DNA of 64,000 nucleotides from Batkoa obscura (Eukaryota): NCBI GenBank assembly GCA_030770535.1, contig JASVEC010000001.1, positions 1,736,001 to 1,800,000 of the forward strand, read 5' to 3'. Shown piece by piece: positions 12,136 to 24,995 of this stretch (position 1 is its first letter; each line of letters starts with the position of its first letter). The notes under the pieces were generated by a model. It saw only the letters and a program-made list of their open reading frames with translations, ran no database searches and was not told where the DNA came from. The position numbers and the translations under genes were made by a program.

Positions 12136-13550
12136 ATGAATACATTGGATCACCAACAATTTTTACAAATGGAGAAGGCGTTTATTATGGTAATATTTTG
12201 ATAAATGTAAATGAGTTAAATGTAATTGTAGTAGGCACCTTTTGAACTGATGAGAAAGAATACAGACGGACAATTTAGATTAGTAAAAACTAGAACCCAA
12301 AATATTAAAGATAATTTTAATAGATTAAAAGAAATTCAAACGGATCAAAAATTATCCACCCAAGAGAAAGTAGAAAAATACGATAAAATTATTAATTACA
12401 TAAACGAACTAAAAGACAAAGTAACGTCTAAAATATTTGAAGTTGTTTTTATTAATTTGTTTTAGATAAATTCTTCTCATAATAAAGAAAAAGAGTTGAT
12501 ATCTGGTTTGTATGAAAGAACCCAAGCAATAAATGAACTTGGGACTATTAATAATATGAATGATCCAAAGTTTTCTGGTTGGTCATTAAAAAGATTAAAT
12601 AGAGTGGTATTAGATTATCTGTTAAGAAATGGTTTTATTAAGACCGCAAGAGAATTTTCAAACAACACTGATTTAAATGTAAGTATATAATTAATTTATT
12701 AAAAAATAATTTAAATGTTATTAGAAAATTGCCGACTTTGATTTGTTTGAGCAAATTTTAAAAGTAGAGGAAGCTTTGAAGAAACATAGTTGCAGAGCGG
12801 CTTTAGCTTGGTGTAATGAAAACAAAAAAGGACTACAAAAATTAGAGGTAATCGGATTTATTAAAATCAGGCTAAAATTAAAATGATTTAAGTCATCCTT
12901 TGAATTTCATCTAAGACTTCAAGAATTTGTTGAATTAGCTAGAGCTCAAAAGCATATGGATGCTTTAGCATATTTGAAAAAGTACATGACGCCTTATTTA
13001 AATGAAAAACAAGATGAAGTTGAACAATATTTTGGTATCTTGGCTTTCCCAAATGATACAGAGTGTTACCCTTATAAAGCTATTTATTCGATAGATAGAT
13101 GGAATGATTTGATTAAAGAATTCCGTAATGATTGTTATAATTTACATTCTTTACCTGAGCAACCACCTTTAATTATTTCTTTAAAAGCTGGCCTTGCATC
13201 TTTAAAAACACCATATTGCCTTGATAGTAAAACTCAAAACCCAGATTGTCCATGTTGTCAAGTAGATACCTTTGGAAAAATAGCCGAAACCCTTCCATTT
13301 GCACATTTTACAAATTCAACGTTAAAATGTAATATTACTAATACGCTTATGGATGAGCATAACATTCCAATGGTATTACCAAATGGTAAAGTTTATTCAA
13401 AAAAGGTAGTTATATATATGACCATATTATTATATATTAAATATAATCTAGGCAATTGATGAGCAAAAAGAAATTAATCATTCATTCGTTTGTCCAGAAA
13501 CTAAAGAATCATTTAGCTTTGATTCTATCAAAAAAGTGTATATTTCTTAA
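12136..13550 (+). CDS. FYV10: GID/CTLH E3 ligase subunit Fyv10/Gid9/MAEA (multi-exon)
   Basis: LisH RLNRVVLDYLLRNGF; CTLH ALAWCNENKK and FHLRLQEFVEL; LKAGLASLKTPYC..CPCC; degenerate RING region PMVLPNGKVYS..CPET. Confidence 0.9.
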
Positions 13551-13710
13551 ATATCTGAGTTCTATTTATTTAATTCCTTCTTTGATGTGGCTTTGTTTCG
13601 GTTATTTACTTTGCTTTTAAAAAATTTATTTACTTATTTTATAAAAATAAACGATGAGTAAATATTGAATTTCAATTTAATTTATCTAAAATTTGCCTCA
13701 GTTTATATAT

Positions 13711-13809
13711 GGGGATGTTTTTTTTGGCTTCATTATTTTTTCCATTTTTTAAGCGCTATTTGAGTGGAAAGATTGTTAGTAAAATTCTTAAACACAAAAA
13801 TATATTCCC
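13711..13809 (+). mobile_element. MITE family 1
   Basis: ATAT-GGGGATGTTTT...TATATTCCC-ATAT; nearly identical to the 10551 copy. Confidence 0.92.
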
Positions 13810-14029
13810 ATATGTAAGTTTTATATTGTAAAATATTAATGATAAAGAGCTTTTTATTATAAAAACTATGAATATAATAGTATATATCTTAAATATATTT
13901 GCTCTTTAAACAAACCAAATTTAAATAATAGCTTATAAATATTTTTAAATATAAACTGCTGCTTTTTTTATAGAGGATAATAGAAATTATTTAATAAGGA
14001 GATAAAAACTGAATTAATAAAAATAAATA

Positions 14030-14297
14030 GGAATGTTTTTTTACCATTGTCCTTTTTTGCTATTGTTAAATTTAGAAATCGATTAACTAGTGTGCTGTTT
14101 AAGTTCGAATGTGTGCTGTCAAAGGATAAATTCTATAGCCATCTATTTGATTTATTATGGCAATTTGAGGCTTGTTAGTTTAGTTTTTATTTTAAAATAA
14201 CCAGTTAGCTATCACACATCAAGTTTAAACAGTATACTGGTTAACCAATTTCTAAATTCAAGAATAGTAAAAAAGGATAATTGGTAAAAAACATCCC
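14030..14297. mobile_element. MITE family 2
   Basis: GGAATGTTTTTTTACC...GGTAAAAAACATCCC termini; inverted copy of 10282-10548. Confidence 0.75.
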
Positions 14298-14337
14298 TAA
14301 ATTATGCAGTTCTATTCTTGAGCTTTAAAAAGATATT

Positions 14338-14434
14338 GGGGATGTATTTTTTTGCTTAAGAATTTTATTAACAATCTTTCCACTTAAATAGTGCTAAAAA
14401 AATGGAGAAAGTGATGAAATAAAAAAACATCTCC
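14338..14434 (-). mobile_element. MITE family 1 (diverged)
   Basis: GGGGATGTATTTTT...TGAAATAAAAAAACATCTCC-ATAT. Confidence 0.85.
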
Positions 14435-15210
14435 ATATGATTAAGTTTATTTCTTATACTTAAAATTTAAATATTTTAGAATATTTCAAATTCTAATTTA
14501 CAATAAACATTTAATATGATAAATACCAAAAAGGATTGTATCTACACATACTTAATACTAAATATGTATTATGTATAGTCTAATTTTAAAAATTTAAATA
14601 ATTCAGGTTATTAAAAACTTGAAATTAACAGGTCACTTATCGAATTAACTAAGCAGTCAATAAAAATATTTAAAAGTGAAGAATATCAATGTCATAAATG
14701 CATATTATTGTCATACTATAAAAATGAATAACATTAGTTATTGAACCCATGCTATCAAAATATTGGTAAATAACAATAGTAAATAACATAAAATGACCTC
14801 TCATTTTCGAATTTAATTAAACTTCTTAATATTGATTATTAAAAATAGTGGTTATTGTAGTATCTTTAATATTATCAATTAGTTTAAAGTTAAGTTTTTC
14901 AAGCTGGAATTTAATAGGCTAAAATTAGAAGTCATAAGCCAATAATTGGGAATGACCAAGGATTTCACAAATATAAAAATCAAATGGAGATTTTAACCTT
15001 TGCCAATCAACTTGAAATTCCCTTGAAATTCTTACTAGAGCCAATAGTAACTCATTTAAGCTCGAATTATTGGAAGTTTAGTCACCCAATCAATGTCAAA
15101 AACTTACTTGACTTGATTTTGGTAGAATCCAAATTTTTAGAATTGTCTTGAATTCTATTTCCAAGAGTAGGGATATTGCTTCAACTTCATAGCTATAAAA
15201 CCTAGAAACA

Positions 15211-17966
15211 ATGCATAGAACCGAAGAAGATCTCGATGATATATGTCCCGTTTGCGATTCTACATGCACTTGTGTACCTGGTAAGTTGGGTTTTAATCAA
15301 AAATGCCATCAATCGATTTTTTATAAATTTAATTCCAGTTATATAAACATTCACTAAATATAAATTTAATAGAATCTAGCCAGGAAGATAGTGAAATAGA
15401 TGTAGATGAAAACAATCATAACTATCATATAGATATAGATGATTCAGATGATGAATCAATAAATATAAATCAACCTCTTTCAACAAATAGACCGAGAACT
15501 GGAGGCAAAGACATCTGGGTACAGAAATATTTAGAATCTCAACATAGAAAACAAAGCGTAGATTCGAACTCAGATTCATTCAATAACTATATAGATGTTA
15601 GTACTAGCCCTTTGACTTCGCCAATATTCGGGTATCAAAATAAACCAGAAAATGATTTTAAATCTAGTTACAGGATAACAAGAAGCTCTTCTATTTCATC
15701 CATCGGTTCTTCAGTCAATCTATTATCTTCCAAAGGTAATAGAAAGAAGGGCTCTAGCGTTGAAACCACACCTACTAAAAGAGGAAGATCCCATGGAAGA
15801 GGAGGCAAAAGTAAAGTTATGAGCTCAAGGGTACCAAAAACAAATCAGCGTAGAAGAAGTTCATTATCTTCTTCCCCAATTTATTCTACTTCGGGGTCGA
15901 AAAGTTATAGAAGGAATTCCAATAGCATTCAAATAGTTGGAACCACTCTCTCTCCAGTATCTGAAAAAGAAGATATAATCAGTGATATTGATTCAATGCG
16001 ATCAGCTGATTCTGATATTGAATCCACACCTATTATAATTGAACACAGTACTTTAAATGAGAATATCTCAGATATGGAGGATCTTTCAATTGAAGGTTCT
16101 GACAACGAAGGTTGCTATTACAATAGCGATATTAGTCATGATATTAATACTACATTTAAAAGCTCATCTTCACATCATCAACTAAGTGAAATTGGATTCG
16201 AATCTTTTGATGAATTGGAGTCCGAAGATAATCTAAAGATAAGACAATTAGAGGAAGATTATCTGATACAAAAAGTTATGGCTGGAGATCATAGTTGGGA
16301 TTCGCAATTGGAGGACTTTGATTCCATTGGTTCCGATTTAGAAGATGATACGACTAAAGATGGTAATGGTAATGGTAATTACTCAATTCAAGAACAAGAA
16401 GAAGGTGACTCCTTTTTGGCACCAAATCATCCATGGTATCAACATAGACCAGTATATTTATCAGATCTACTTGATGAACCACCTCGTAAATGCCCCACAC
16501 TCACTTTTGATATTGACTCAAATGTTGCACTTGAGTCTCCAACTGAACTAGATGGGATTGAAAGCAGCCCTGAGCTAAATGAAGAAATGGGTAATTCAAT
16601 CCTTCCACCTGTATTTAAAGGGAACACCAAAAGTAATTTGCTCTTTGCAGATCAATTACATAAAAACAAACTTTATATGGAAGAAAACCATTCTCTATTG
16701 AGTGCTGAGTCTAATATCAACCTCCCAAATTCATCCGCTTTTAAACCATTGTCCAGTATTCCACTTCAAAGTAAACACCTTACATCTCGTCATAACCCTG
16801 GCCAATTACCTGATTGTATATCTACTGGATGGTCCGCATTAGACTCTAAATTAGTGTATGATTCTTTCAGATCATGCCCAGTTTCAGCTAACCCTTCTTT
16901 ACCTAACTCACCACCACCCGAGCTTGTTGATCAGGATTTAATAGCCTTATCTAAATTTTCCACCGATCAAATTACTAAATTGATGAGCTTTGATACAATG
17001 TCTGAAGGAGATAAATGTAGTCAAATAGCTATTGATGAAGTTTTGGATATTGATTTAGCTAGTAAATCGCCAGAAGTAAAACCACATAGAAACGGATTAG
17101 AGTCACGTTCGGCAGAAGCATTGGCTAGATGGGATCGATTTCCAGTTACTGCATTCCGACACCATTTAAATAACAATCAGTTTGATATGTCATCATTAAA
17201 GTTACCAAGAAATACATCAAGTTATTATGGAAAGACAATTCGCAGATATACAGTTTCGCATACACCCAACTCAACTCCAATGTCTTCAAATACACCTATC
17301 TCTTCTAGAGCCACTTCACCAGACATTACTAAAATCTCTGATGGTATCAAAGCAATGACTCTTAACATTAATGATTCTTCACTTCCACCATCCTTTTTCA
17401 TGCCAGCAATATTAGGAGCATCGCCAATTATACCTAAAGCAGTAGAAACTGAACCAGTACCTCCACTTGAAGAAGTAAAAGAAAAAGAAAAAGAGAAAGA
17501 AAAAGTAAGAAGTAAACAAGAAGTAGTGAAATCTATATTAAAAGGAAACAATAAGAATCGCAATGTAAGAAACAAAAGTGGGGGAAAAACGAGCAAAAAC
17601 AGAGTTCGGTTTTTTACTACAGTTGATGAATATGGGCAGAGCTATTGCGATGAGCTTTTATTAGATAATAAACCATTTTCAATTCAATTACTCAAGCTTA
17701 ATAAACGAGAAGCAAGTAAAAAGGGAAATTCTCGATATAACAAGAATGTTAAAAATAATAGTGGAAATCATTGGAAAGGATACAACAATAACAATAGTAA
17801 AAAAAGTGATAAAAAGAGTCAAAATGGGTTTATTCGAAGAGTTCATAGAGTTTGTAATAGAAGGTTTAATTTAGTTAACTCTAAAAAACAAAAGCATAAT
17901 GCTAATTCAAAGCTTCGGGATAGAGCTAGATCGGAAAAGTATGGACATTTACTTCAGCCTTTTTAA
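15211..17966 (+). CDS. Large Ser-rich/acidic disordered protein with N-terminal CxxC-x3-CxC motif, function unknown
   Basis: Exon 1 MHRTEEDLDDICPVCDSTCTCVP, GTAAGT..TAG intron, exon 2 joins the 784-aa ORF in frame; motif ALARWDRFPVTAFR; basic C-terminus. Confidence 0.75.
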
Positions 17967-19493
17967 CTAGTTTAATGTGCTTTTATTTAACTTCGCTTTT
18001 CTCCAATGTCTTCTTACCTTTGGTATACTATTCCCTATTTGGAGATTACCGGGTTTCTATTTAAAATATATAGAGTTGCATATAATTTTTATAAAAATTA
18101 TTTTATTTAAATTTTATCTTAAAATTATTGAAAAAAACATAATACTTTATATCATTTTATAGTTTACATAACTAATTTCAAATGTTTACTACTTGGAATA
18201 TTGGATATAAGATAAAATATATATTAAAAATAAATTGCTATTATAATTAAGTATTTTTTTAATATACAATATGGCTATGAATATTTGTTTTAATACTATT
18301 AGTTTATTAATATAGTGTTTTGATATAGTATTTCTAATTTATAAACTGTCAGAATTAAATAAAACAAGTAATCGATTTATAGATAAAAATTTCAAAATTT
18401 TTTTATAGACTGCTTAAGAATACTTGTTATAATTAATGGCTTATTTTACTATTTTATGTATTGAAATGAGATATTGTTATAGAGAAGAATATATTATTAT
18501 AATAAACCAAAAGTAACAACCTATTTTCTTATTTTAATAACTTACCTAAAAATTTTGTAATTAAGTTTACATTTTGTTATAAACTTTATGATGGGATAAA
18601 TACAAATCTTTTACATTTGTTACTTTTAGGCTATTAACCTACTTAACTACTATTTATTCTTTGTTCAATAAATCTTTTTTAAGTGTATATCACATTGTAT
18701 AATCAAAAAGCTCATTTCAATAGTAGTTATTTATTTATTGAGACATTTGATGAAATCTAAATATTATTTTAACTTAATTTAAAAATAATAAAGTTTTAAA
18801 TAAATATTGTAAATAGAAAAATCCTCTAATAAAAATAATTTGTACATTAATGTTCTTTTACAATTTTAACGGCATAGTGCACTCAAATTATTAATTATTT
18901 TATTTTTAGAAAAAATTATTATCCTGGATTTCGGATTAACAGCTACAAATTACAAATTTTAAAATTCAACATTTAGCTTACTAACTCTATTATTTAATAT
19001 ATTTGTATATACGGTATATATAAAACAATATCAGTAGTATATATATATATTTATAAGTAAAGTTATAATAAGAGAAATTTATCTGTACCTGATAATACCA
19101 TCAAAAATGTTCAAAAGGAGTAATTATTGTATTGGATATGTATAAACTATCAAAATTATAAATAGGACTCAAATGATTGCAGAATTCAACCAATCGGGGA
19201 TCAAGAAAATAAAAAAAAGTCCAATTTACATCTACTTTATTTGAATAAAAGCACGGAATAAATTAAAAGGATTATTCAAAATCGCACTCCGAGATTTAAA
19301 GAATAATTATAAAATAAAGCAGTGAAAAAGTAGGTGAGACGCGGATTAAATTTTAAAGGAGAGAAATGAGAGATTTGACGTATTTGATAAAATGAAGAAT
19401 ATATAAAGAAACAAAATCCATGTCTAAAATCACTAAAAAAAACATTTATTGTAAATATTTGTAAAGGGCACTTTTTGTAAATTAACAGATAAA

Positions 19494-19940
19494 ATGAAAT
19501 TGAACAGCATTGTTGGATTAACATTATTAGCCGCTGGAAGCATCGAAAGTTTCAGTTTGATTAACAAAATCAAACATGTCTTTACCCGTGCACCTGATAA
19601 TAACAAATGTTTGATTGCTAACAACGAAAGCTATGGTTGGGCTCAAGTTTCTTCTGGCAAATACCCACCATGCTGGATTGAGAACGGTGGCAAATATGAT
19701 TGCTACGACTACAAATCAGGTGGTCAATGCGATAACTGGAATGGTATGTTTGATCGCTCAAAACAAGGTAGTGGTGGTAACAAACCACCTGCTGATAGCT
19801 GTAACAGAGGTAACATGGGTACTTTGTGTTACCCTGCCAAAGAAAGCTGCCCTAAATGCTGGCAAAAGAATGGTGATAAATACGATTGTTATGACAAAGC
19901 AGGAGGCAAATGTCCATGGGGCGGTATGGTTGAAATTTAA
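19494..19940 (+). CDS. Secreted Cys/Trp-rich repeat protein, 2 modules
   Basis: 148 aa; signal peptide; FSLINKIKHVFTR-AP; PPCWIENGGKYDCYDY and CPKCWQKNGDKYDCY modules. Confidence 0.92.
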   Translation: MKLNSIVGLTLLAAGSIESFSLINKIKHVFTRAPDNNKCLIANNESYGWAQVSSGKYPPCWIENGGKYDCYDYKSGGQCDNWNGMFDRSKQGSGGNKPPADSCNRGNMGTLCYPAKESCPKCWQKNGDKYDCYDKAGGKCPWGGMVEI

Positions 19941-19986
19941 TTTTTTTTAAAATAAACATTATTTAAACTTAATATTCAAACTTTAT

Positions 19987-21875
19987 TTATCTACGATAAT
20001 GTAATCTTTTAAATGAAAAATATAGATAAAGGGTATTATTAATAAAGGCCGATTTAAATCCTCTTTTGTGAGATAGCTCCCAATCTTTTTTAACAATTCT
20101 AAAACCTAGATCTTTGTATGGTTCTTTAGCCTTAAATATAATAATTTGAGTATCTTCTGAGATCGGGTCGTCAATTAAATCATATGTTGGGGTGAAATTT
20201 TTTAATTCTGGATAATAAATATGAAATTTATATCCTTGTACTGTTTTTGGTGGTGGATTATCTAAATCATAATGCGTCTGGTTATATTTATTCCATTCAT
20301 AGCCAACATTGACTCGATTGAAATATAGTGGCTTTTTTAATAAACCATCGCCATTTGCTGAAGCACCATTCTATAAAAACATGATTATTATATTGCATAT
20401 AAATGAATAACTAATGATTTACTCTAATAAAATCCAATTTTGCTTCAGCTGAAAAGATTTCTTCGTCCTCATCTAGCTCTTCTCCTCTTTTAATCTTACC
20501 TTCTCTTTCCTCATTAAATAGCTTAGTTGCATATTGTTTAGCTTCTTCTATATTGACAGGGTTTTCTATTTCTTTAATTATTTCATTCTTTTTAATCATT
20601 CCATAATCGCTGAGCTGTTTTAGGATTTCTTTACGCTTTTTTAACTACATATAATATTAAATACTAATACAAGATGCTAAATATTAAATATTACCAACTT
20701 CAATCTATCTTCTTGACAATCGACAGTTTTAATACTACTATTCAAAGGTAGTAATTTAGGCTCCATTAACTTTTCATCGTAAATTACTTCTTGATTGGAG
20801 TTCTAAATGTATAAGCTATTAAACAATACTAAAAGTGATGATATATTACCTTCAAGTTTAACTTATCAATTTTCATTTTTAATAATTTTATATTTTCTTG
20901 TGCTAATTCGATCTGTTTATATTTTATAATATCAATCCATTTGTTTAAAATATTATTATGGGCGCTATGTAGTTCTTTCTAAAATATAAATATTGTCACA
21001 CTTCTATAATAAAACATCACACTATATGTTACCTTTATTTTCCATATTTTGACTCTTTTTAAATTCAATTCCCAATAATCAATATCAATGGGCAGCTTTG
21101 AATTTAATTTTTGTTCAATTTTATTCTTTAAATTATTTAATTGCTCTAAATTTTTATCTCTCATCATATTATCAATTTGATTTAACACTTCAATAGGGAT
21201 ACGTTCTTTCAAATAATCAACGTTAATTAACTTTTCGTTTATTAGGTAGTTGACTTTATTCCAGTAATCTATTACTTCCTTTTCTTCTTCTAATTCCAAA
21301 TAAATTTGACTATCTTTTTTGCATTCTCTTAACTCTTCTGTATCAATCTCTTCTATTAATTTATATGGTATTTCTAGCGGCATAACCTTATCTAATGCGG
21401 AAAATATATCATCATTAATTTTCTCTTCCTTTAATAAGGGTACTATAATAGCTAAATAATCGATTGCTTTTGCTCTATTATTGTTAATTCTCAATTCTGC
21501 CCGTTTGTTTAATTGATCTAAATGAAACTTAATCTCTCTTGATTCCCAATCTCCTAAAGTTTCTAAATCCCTTTGCCTTTGTTGCTGGAGTCTTTCTTCT
21601 TCTCTTACTGCTCTCTCTCTTTCTCTCTGTTCTCTCCGCATCTTCAATTTTTTTAATTCCATCTACTAAGTTAGAATCTATCATTTGAGATTTATTATCA
21701 ATGTTACCTCTGCTTCTTCTCTATCCACTTCTCTTTTAGAATCTTTATCTTTTTTATGCCAATGGAACCCTACGCTTCCATAGTCTTCTTTATCTAAATA
21801 GTCAAAATCTATCCTTTTATCTTCCCCCCTTTCTCTGCTTGAACCTCTTCTCTTATTTTTTTCTCTTTGCCCCAT
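19987..21875 (-). CDS. CACTIN: Cactin (spliceosome-associated), multi-exon
   Basis: FHLDQLNKRAELRINNNRAKAIDYL, IDIDYWE and C-terminal NRVNVGYEWNKYNQTHYDLDNPPPKTVQGYKF..LYFSFKRLHYRR*. Confidence 0.93.
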
Positions 21876-22470
21876 ATTTTTGAAAAAATGTAGTTTTAAT
21901 ATTATCAGTGGTTTTCGTTCAAGAAAGCAAAGGTAAAAAATTTAACTGGTAAATTTGTAAATGAAGTTAACTTTTTTTTAGAACCAATTGAATTTACAAG
22001 CTAAATTTCACAACTGGATAGAATTATACACTTGTAATAAAATACATGTAAAATTAAACTGAGGTTTATTAAAATAATTTAACACATTTTTATAAATCAA
22101 CTACGTTCTCTATAGTATAACTTTCTTGTATACAAAGGTATATACAGATAATAGCTATCATAAGTACTACTAGTTGGGTAGAGATTCGGCTCATCTTAGA
22201 GTTAAAAGATGAGGAGCCCTTAAATTACATTTATAAGAAGTTTTTATATCATATTAAGATACTTTGATAATGTAATATTCTTTATTATTAAATCTTTCAA
22301 TCAATAAGATTGTTTGACATTTGTTGTTTTATAATATTAATACAAATAGAAAAAATTCAACATAAGAATATCCCTTTTATCACTAAGATTAAAAAACGTT
22401 AAAAGTGTTCATTGAAAATAGCGTGTTTTTATTGTGAGTATAATAACAAATAAGACATAACATTTTATAT

Positions 22471-22749
22471 TTATTTTGTACGATCGAACATACCACTCCA
22501 GTTGTTACATTTCTTAGCATTCTTATCAGCGTAATCATAACAATCATATTTACCACCGTTCTCAATCCAGCATGGTGGGTAGTTGCCAGAAGAAACTTGA
22601 GCCCAACCATAGCTTTGGTTATTGGCACGTAAACATTTGTCTTTACTTGGACCACGTTTAAACATGGATTTGGCTTTGTTAAATAAAGAAAAGGACTCAA
22701 CGGTAGTCAATGAAAGGAGAGCAACTAAAGCAACAGTATTGAATTTCAT
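22471..22749 (-). CDS. Secreted Cys/Trp-rich protein, single 4-Cys module
   Basis: 92 aa; signal peptide; FSLFNKAKSMFKR-GP; one PPCWIENGGKYDCYDY..CNNWSGMFD module. Confidence 0.9.
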   Translation of the reverse strand: MKFNTVALVALLSLTTVESFSLFNKAKSMFKRGPSKDKCLRANNQSYGWAQVSSGNYPPCWIENGGKYDCYDYADKNAKKCNNWSGMFDRTK

Positions 22750-24031
22750 TTTTAGATATACAATTTACAAATTTTTTTGCGATTTCATGCCTTTCCTATT
22801 TCCTTTTTATATACTTTTTCCTGCTTTTTCTCCCTTCTCTTTTTTTATGTAGCGGAATTGAGTTTTTATTCCTCCGTTAACTTGATTAAAATAAGCATAC
22901 ATTTATGCTACTGTTTAATAATTTACTTTTGAGCTTGGGCATTTGCTCTAAGATTCTGTAATAAAAAATCAAAGCAAAATAAAATTTCCGTCTAAAATTT
23001 TTAGCAAAATAATTCAATAGAACTTCATATTCTATTTTAATTCTTTCTTTAAATGAAATCCTTTACCCTTTATTAATAAACTTATGTTACCTTCAAAAAC
23101 AATACCACTTATATAACAGACAGTGATATTTTTATACCATAGCTAGTTTTTATTTCGCCGTATTATTTTCTCCCTTTTTTTAAATTTTATGTAAATCCTG
23201 CTGTCACCCTTAGGATTAAGCCTATTACGTATTTTTTAGAAATATGCTTAATTCAAAAATTAATATTTAGAATTATCAAAGCGTTTAATCAACCACAATA
23301 ACTTACAGATATTATATATAATGATAAAACAGAGAGTAAATTAGTAGTTTACTACAATTCTTTATTTAAAATTTGATACGTTTACAACTAATATCGTTTT
23401 TAAGTATAGAGTATTTTTTTAAAAATTCAATAATCCAAAATCAGAATACAGACGGTCCAATGGAATTTAAAAGCTATATAAATATCAAAATGTAAAAATT
23501 CAACATAGATATCATATTATTCAATAACATTATTCCTTATTGTTTTATTGAAATAACAAAATATAACTGAGATTATTAAAAATTCGCTTAAGCACGTATC
23601 TAAAATAAATTCAAACTTTTATTAATTCTCAGCTAGATATTTTCGTAATTAAAATTAATAAATTAAATATAGTCATTAGCTAAAAATCAAAATTATCCTT
23701 ATAATTATCTTTTTAATTGATCTTATAGACGATACTGGTATACAGTTTTAATTATAATATAAACAAGCTATTTTATTTTCTTATTTTATAGGTTTTTTAC
23801 TGGAAAGTACTTTGACAATGTTTAACTTCAGATAGATAGTATTAAAGTTAGCCTTATATAGTATTTAAAAGCTTAACTTATGAATATATTTTATAATTAA
23901 GTTGAATTAATATCCTATTTGTTTTATCTTTAAATGCTAAAAAGATAAAGCCAGCGTACGTAAAGTATAAATTATTTTATCTGAATGCTTTAATGTAATA
24001 AATAATAAGATATTGTAAAAAATCAAAAACA

Positions 24032-24102
24032 TGTCATTGGGGGGAATCGAACCCCCGCTATCGCGGCCACAACGCGGCGTACTACCACTATACTACAATG
24101 AC
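24032..24102 (-). tRNA. tRNA-His(GTG)
   Basis: GTCATTG/CAATGAC acceptor stem, anticodon loop TTGTGGC, GTTCGATT T-loop. Confidence 0.95.
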
Positions 24103-24250
24103 CTGCTAAGCTATTTTGTTTAACTTATATAATATTCTACAGCAGTAAATTTTGTACCAATTTGTATTTAGTTGATAGAATTTTATTTAATTTTTAGACT
24201 ATTTTATGTAGTCACTTATGATCAAAATTTAACTTAAGGTAGTTTAATAT

Positions 24251-24357
24251 GGGGGCGTTTTTTTTGGCTTCATTATTTTTTCTATATTTTAAGCGCTATT
24301 TGAGTGGAAAATTGTTAGTAAAATTGTTAGTAAAATCTTAAACAAAAATATATCCTC
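24251..24357 (+). mobile_element. MITE family 1 (first in tandem array; internal 12-bp duplication)
   Basis: ATAT-GGGGGCGTTTT...TATATCCTC-ATAT. Confidence 0.9.
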
Positions 24358-24361
24358 ATAT

Positions 24362-24460
24362 GGGGGCGTTTTTTTTGGTTTCATTACTTTTTCCATTTTT
24401 TAAGCGCTATTTAAGTGGAAAGACTGCTAGTAAAATCCTTAGACAAAAAAATACATCCCC
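24362..24460 (+). mobile_element. MITE family 1 (second in tandem array)
   Basis: Shares a single ATAT with its neighbour on each side. Confidence 0.92.
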
Positions 24461-24995
24461 ATATGGGGGTGTCCGAATTGGTTTCATTTTTTTATCCAAT
24501 TTTTAAATATTTATATTTTAAAAACTTTGCTTAAAATTCTATAAAAATAAATTCTTTATTAAAAGCCAAAAGTACCCGACACAGTTTTAAATTATTGTTA
24601 TAATTTATATTGTCAATTAGCGGAATTTTTATTAAATTTAATATAAATTCCTGGATTAGTAAAGATTTTACTAATATAGCCTGTATAGTGATATTAGTCA
24701 AAGTTGTAATATGTAAATAAATATATGCTTTTATATAGCTTTATTAAGAAATATTTATTATTAATTGTTTTATATTCAACACTACAGATTTGCTATCAAA
24801 TGAATAAATTATTTTAATGTTATAATTACATTATTAATATATCGCTAAGTTAATAAATAGCTGCATGGGAGGGAGTGGTTAGCCCCAAAACTATAATTAA
24901 CCATCCCTATGTAATACAAGCAGTGTATTAATAGTTTTTACTTATTATTACAACTACTTGCTCTTTGACTATTTATTAACTTAGCTATCAATAAT

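Noticed and set aside
24251..24464. CRISPR-like repeat array
   Set aside because: Units are whole MITEs joined by ATAT with no unique spacers; eukaryotic context and no cas genes.
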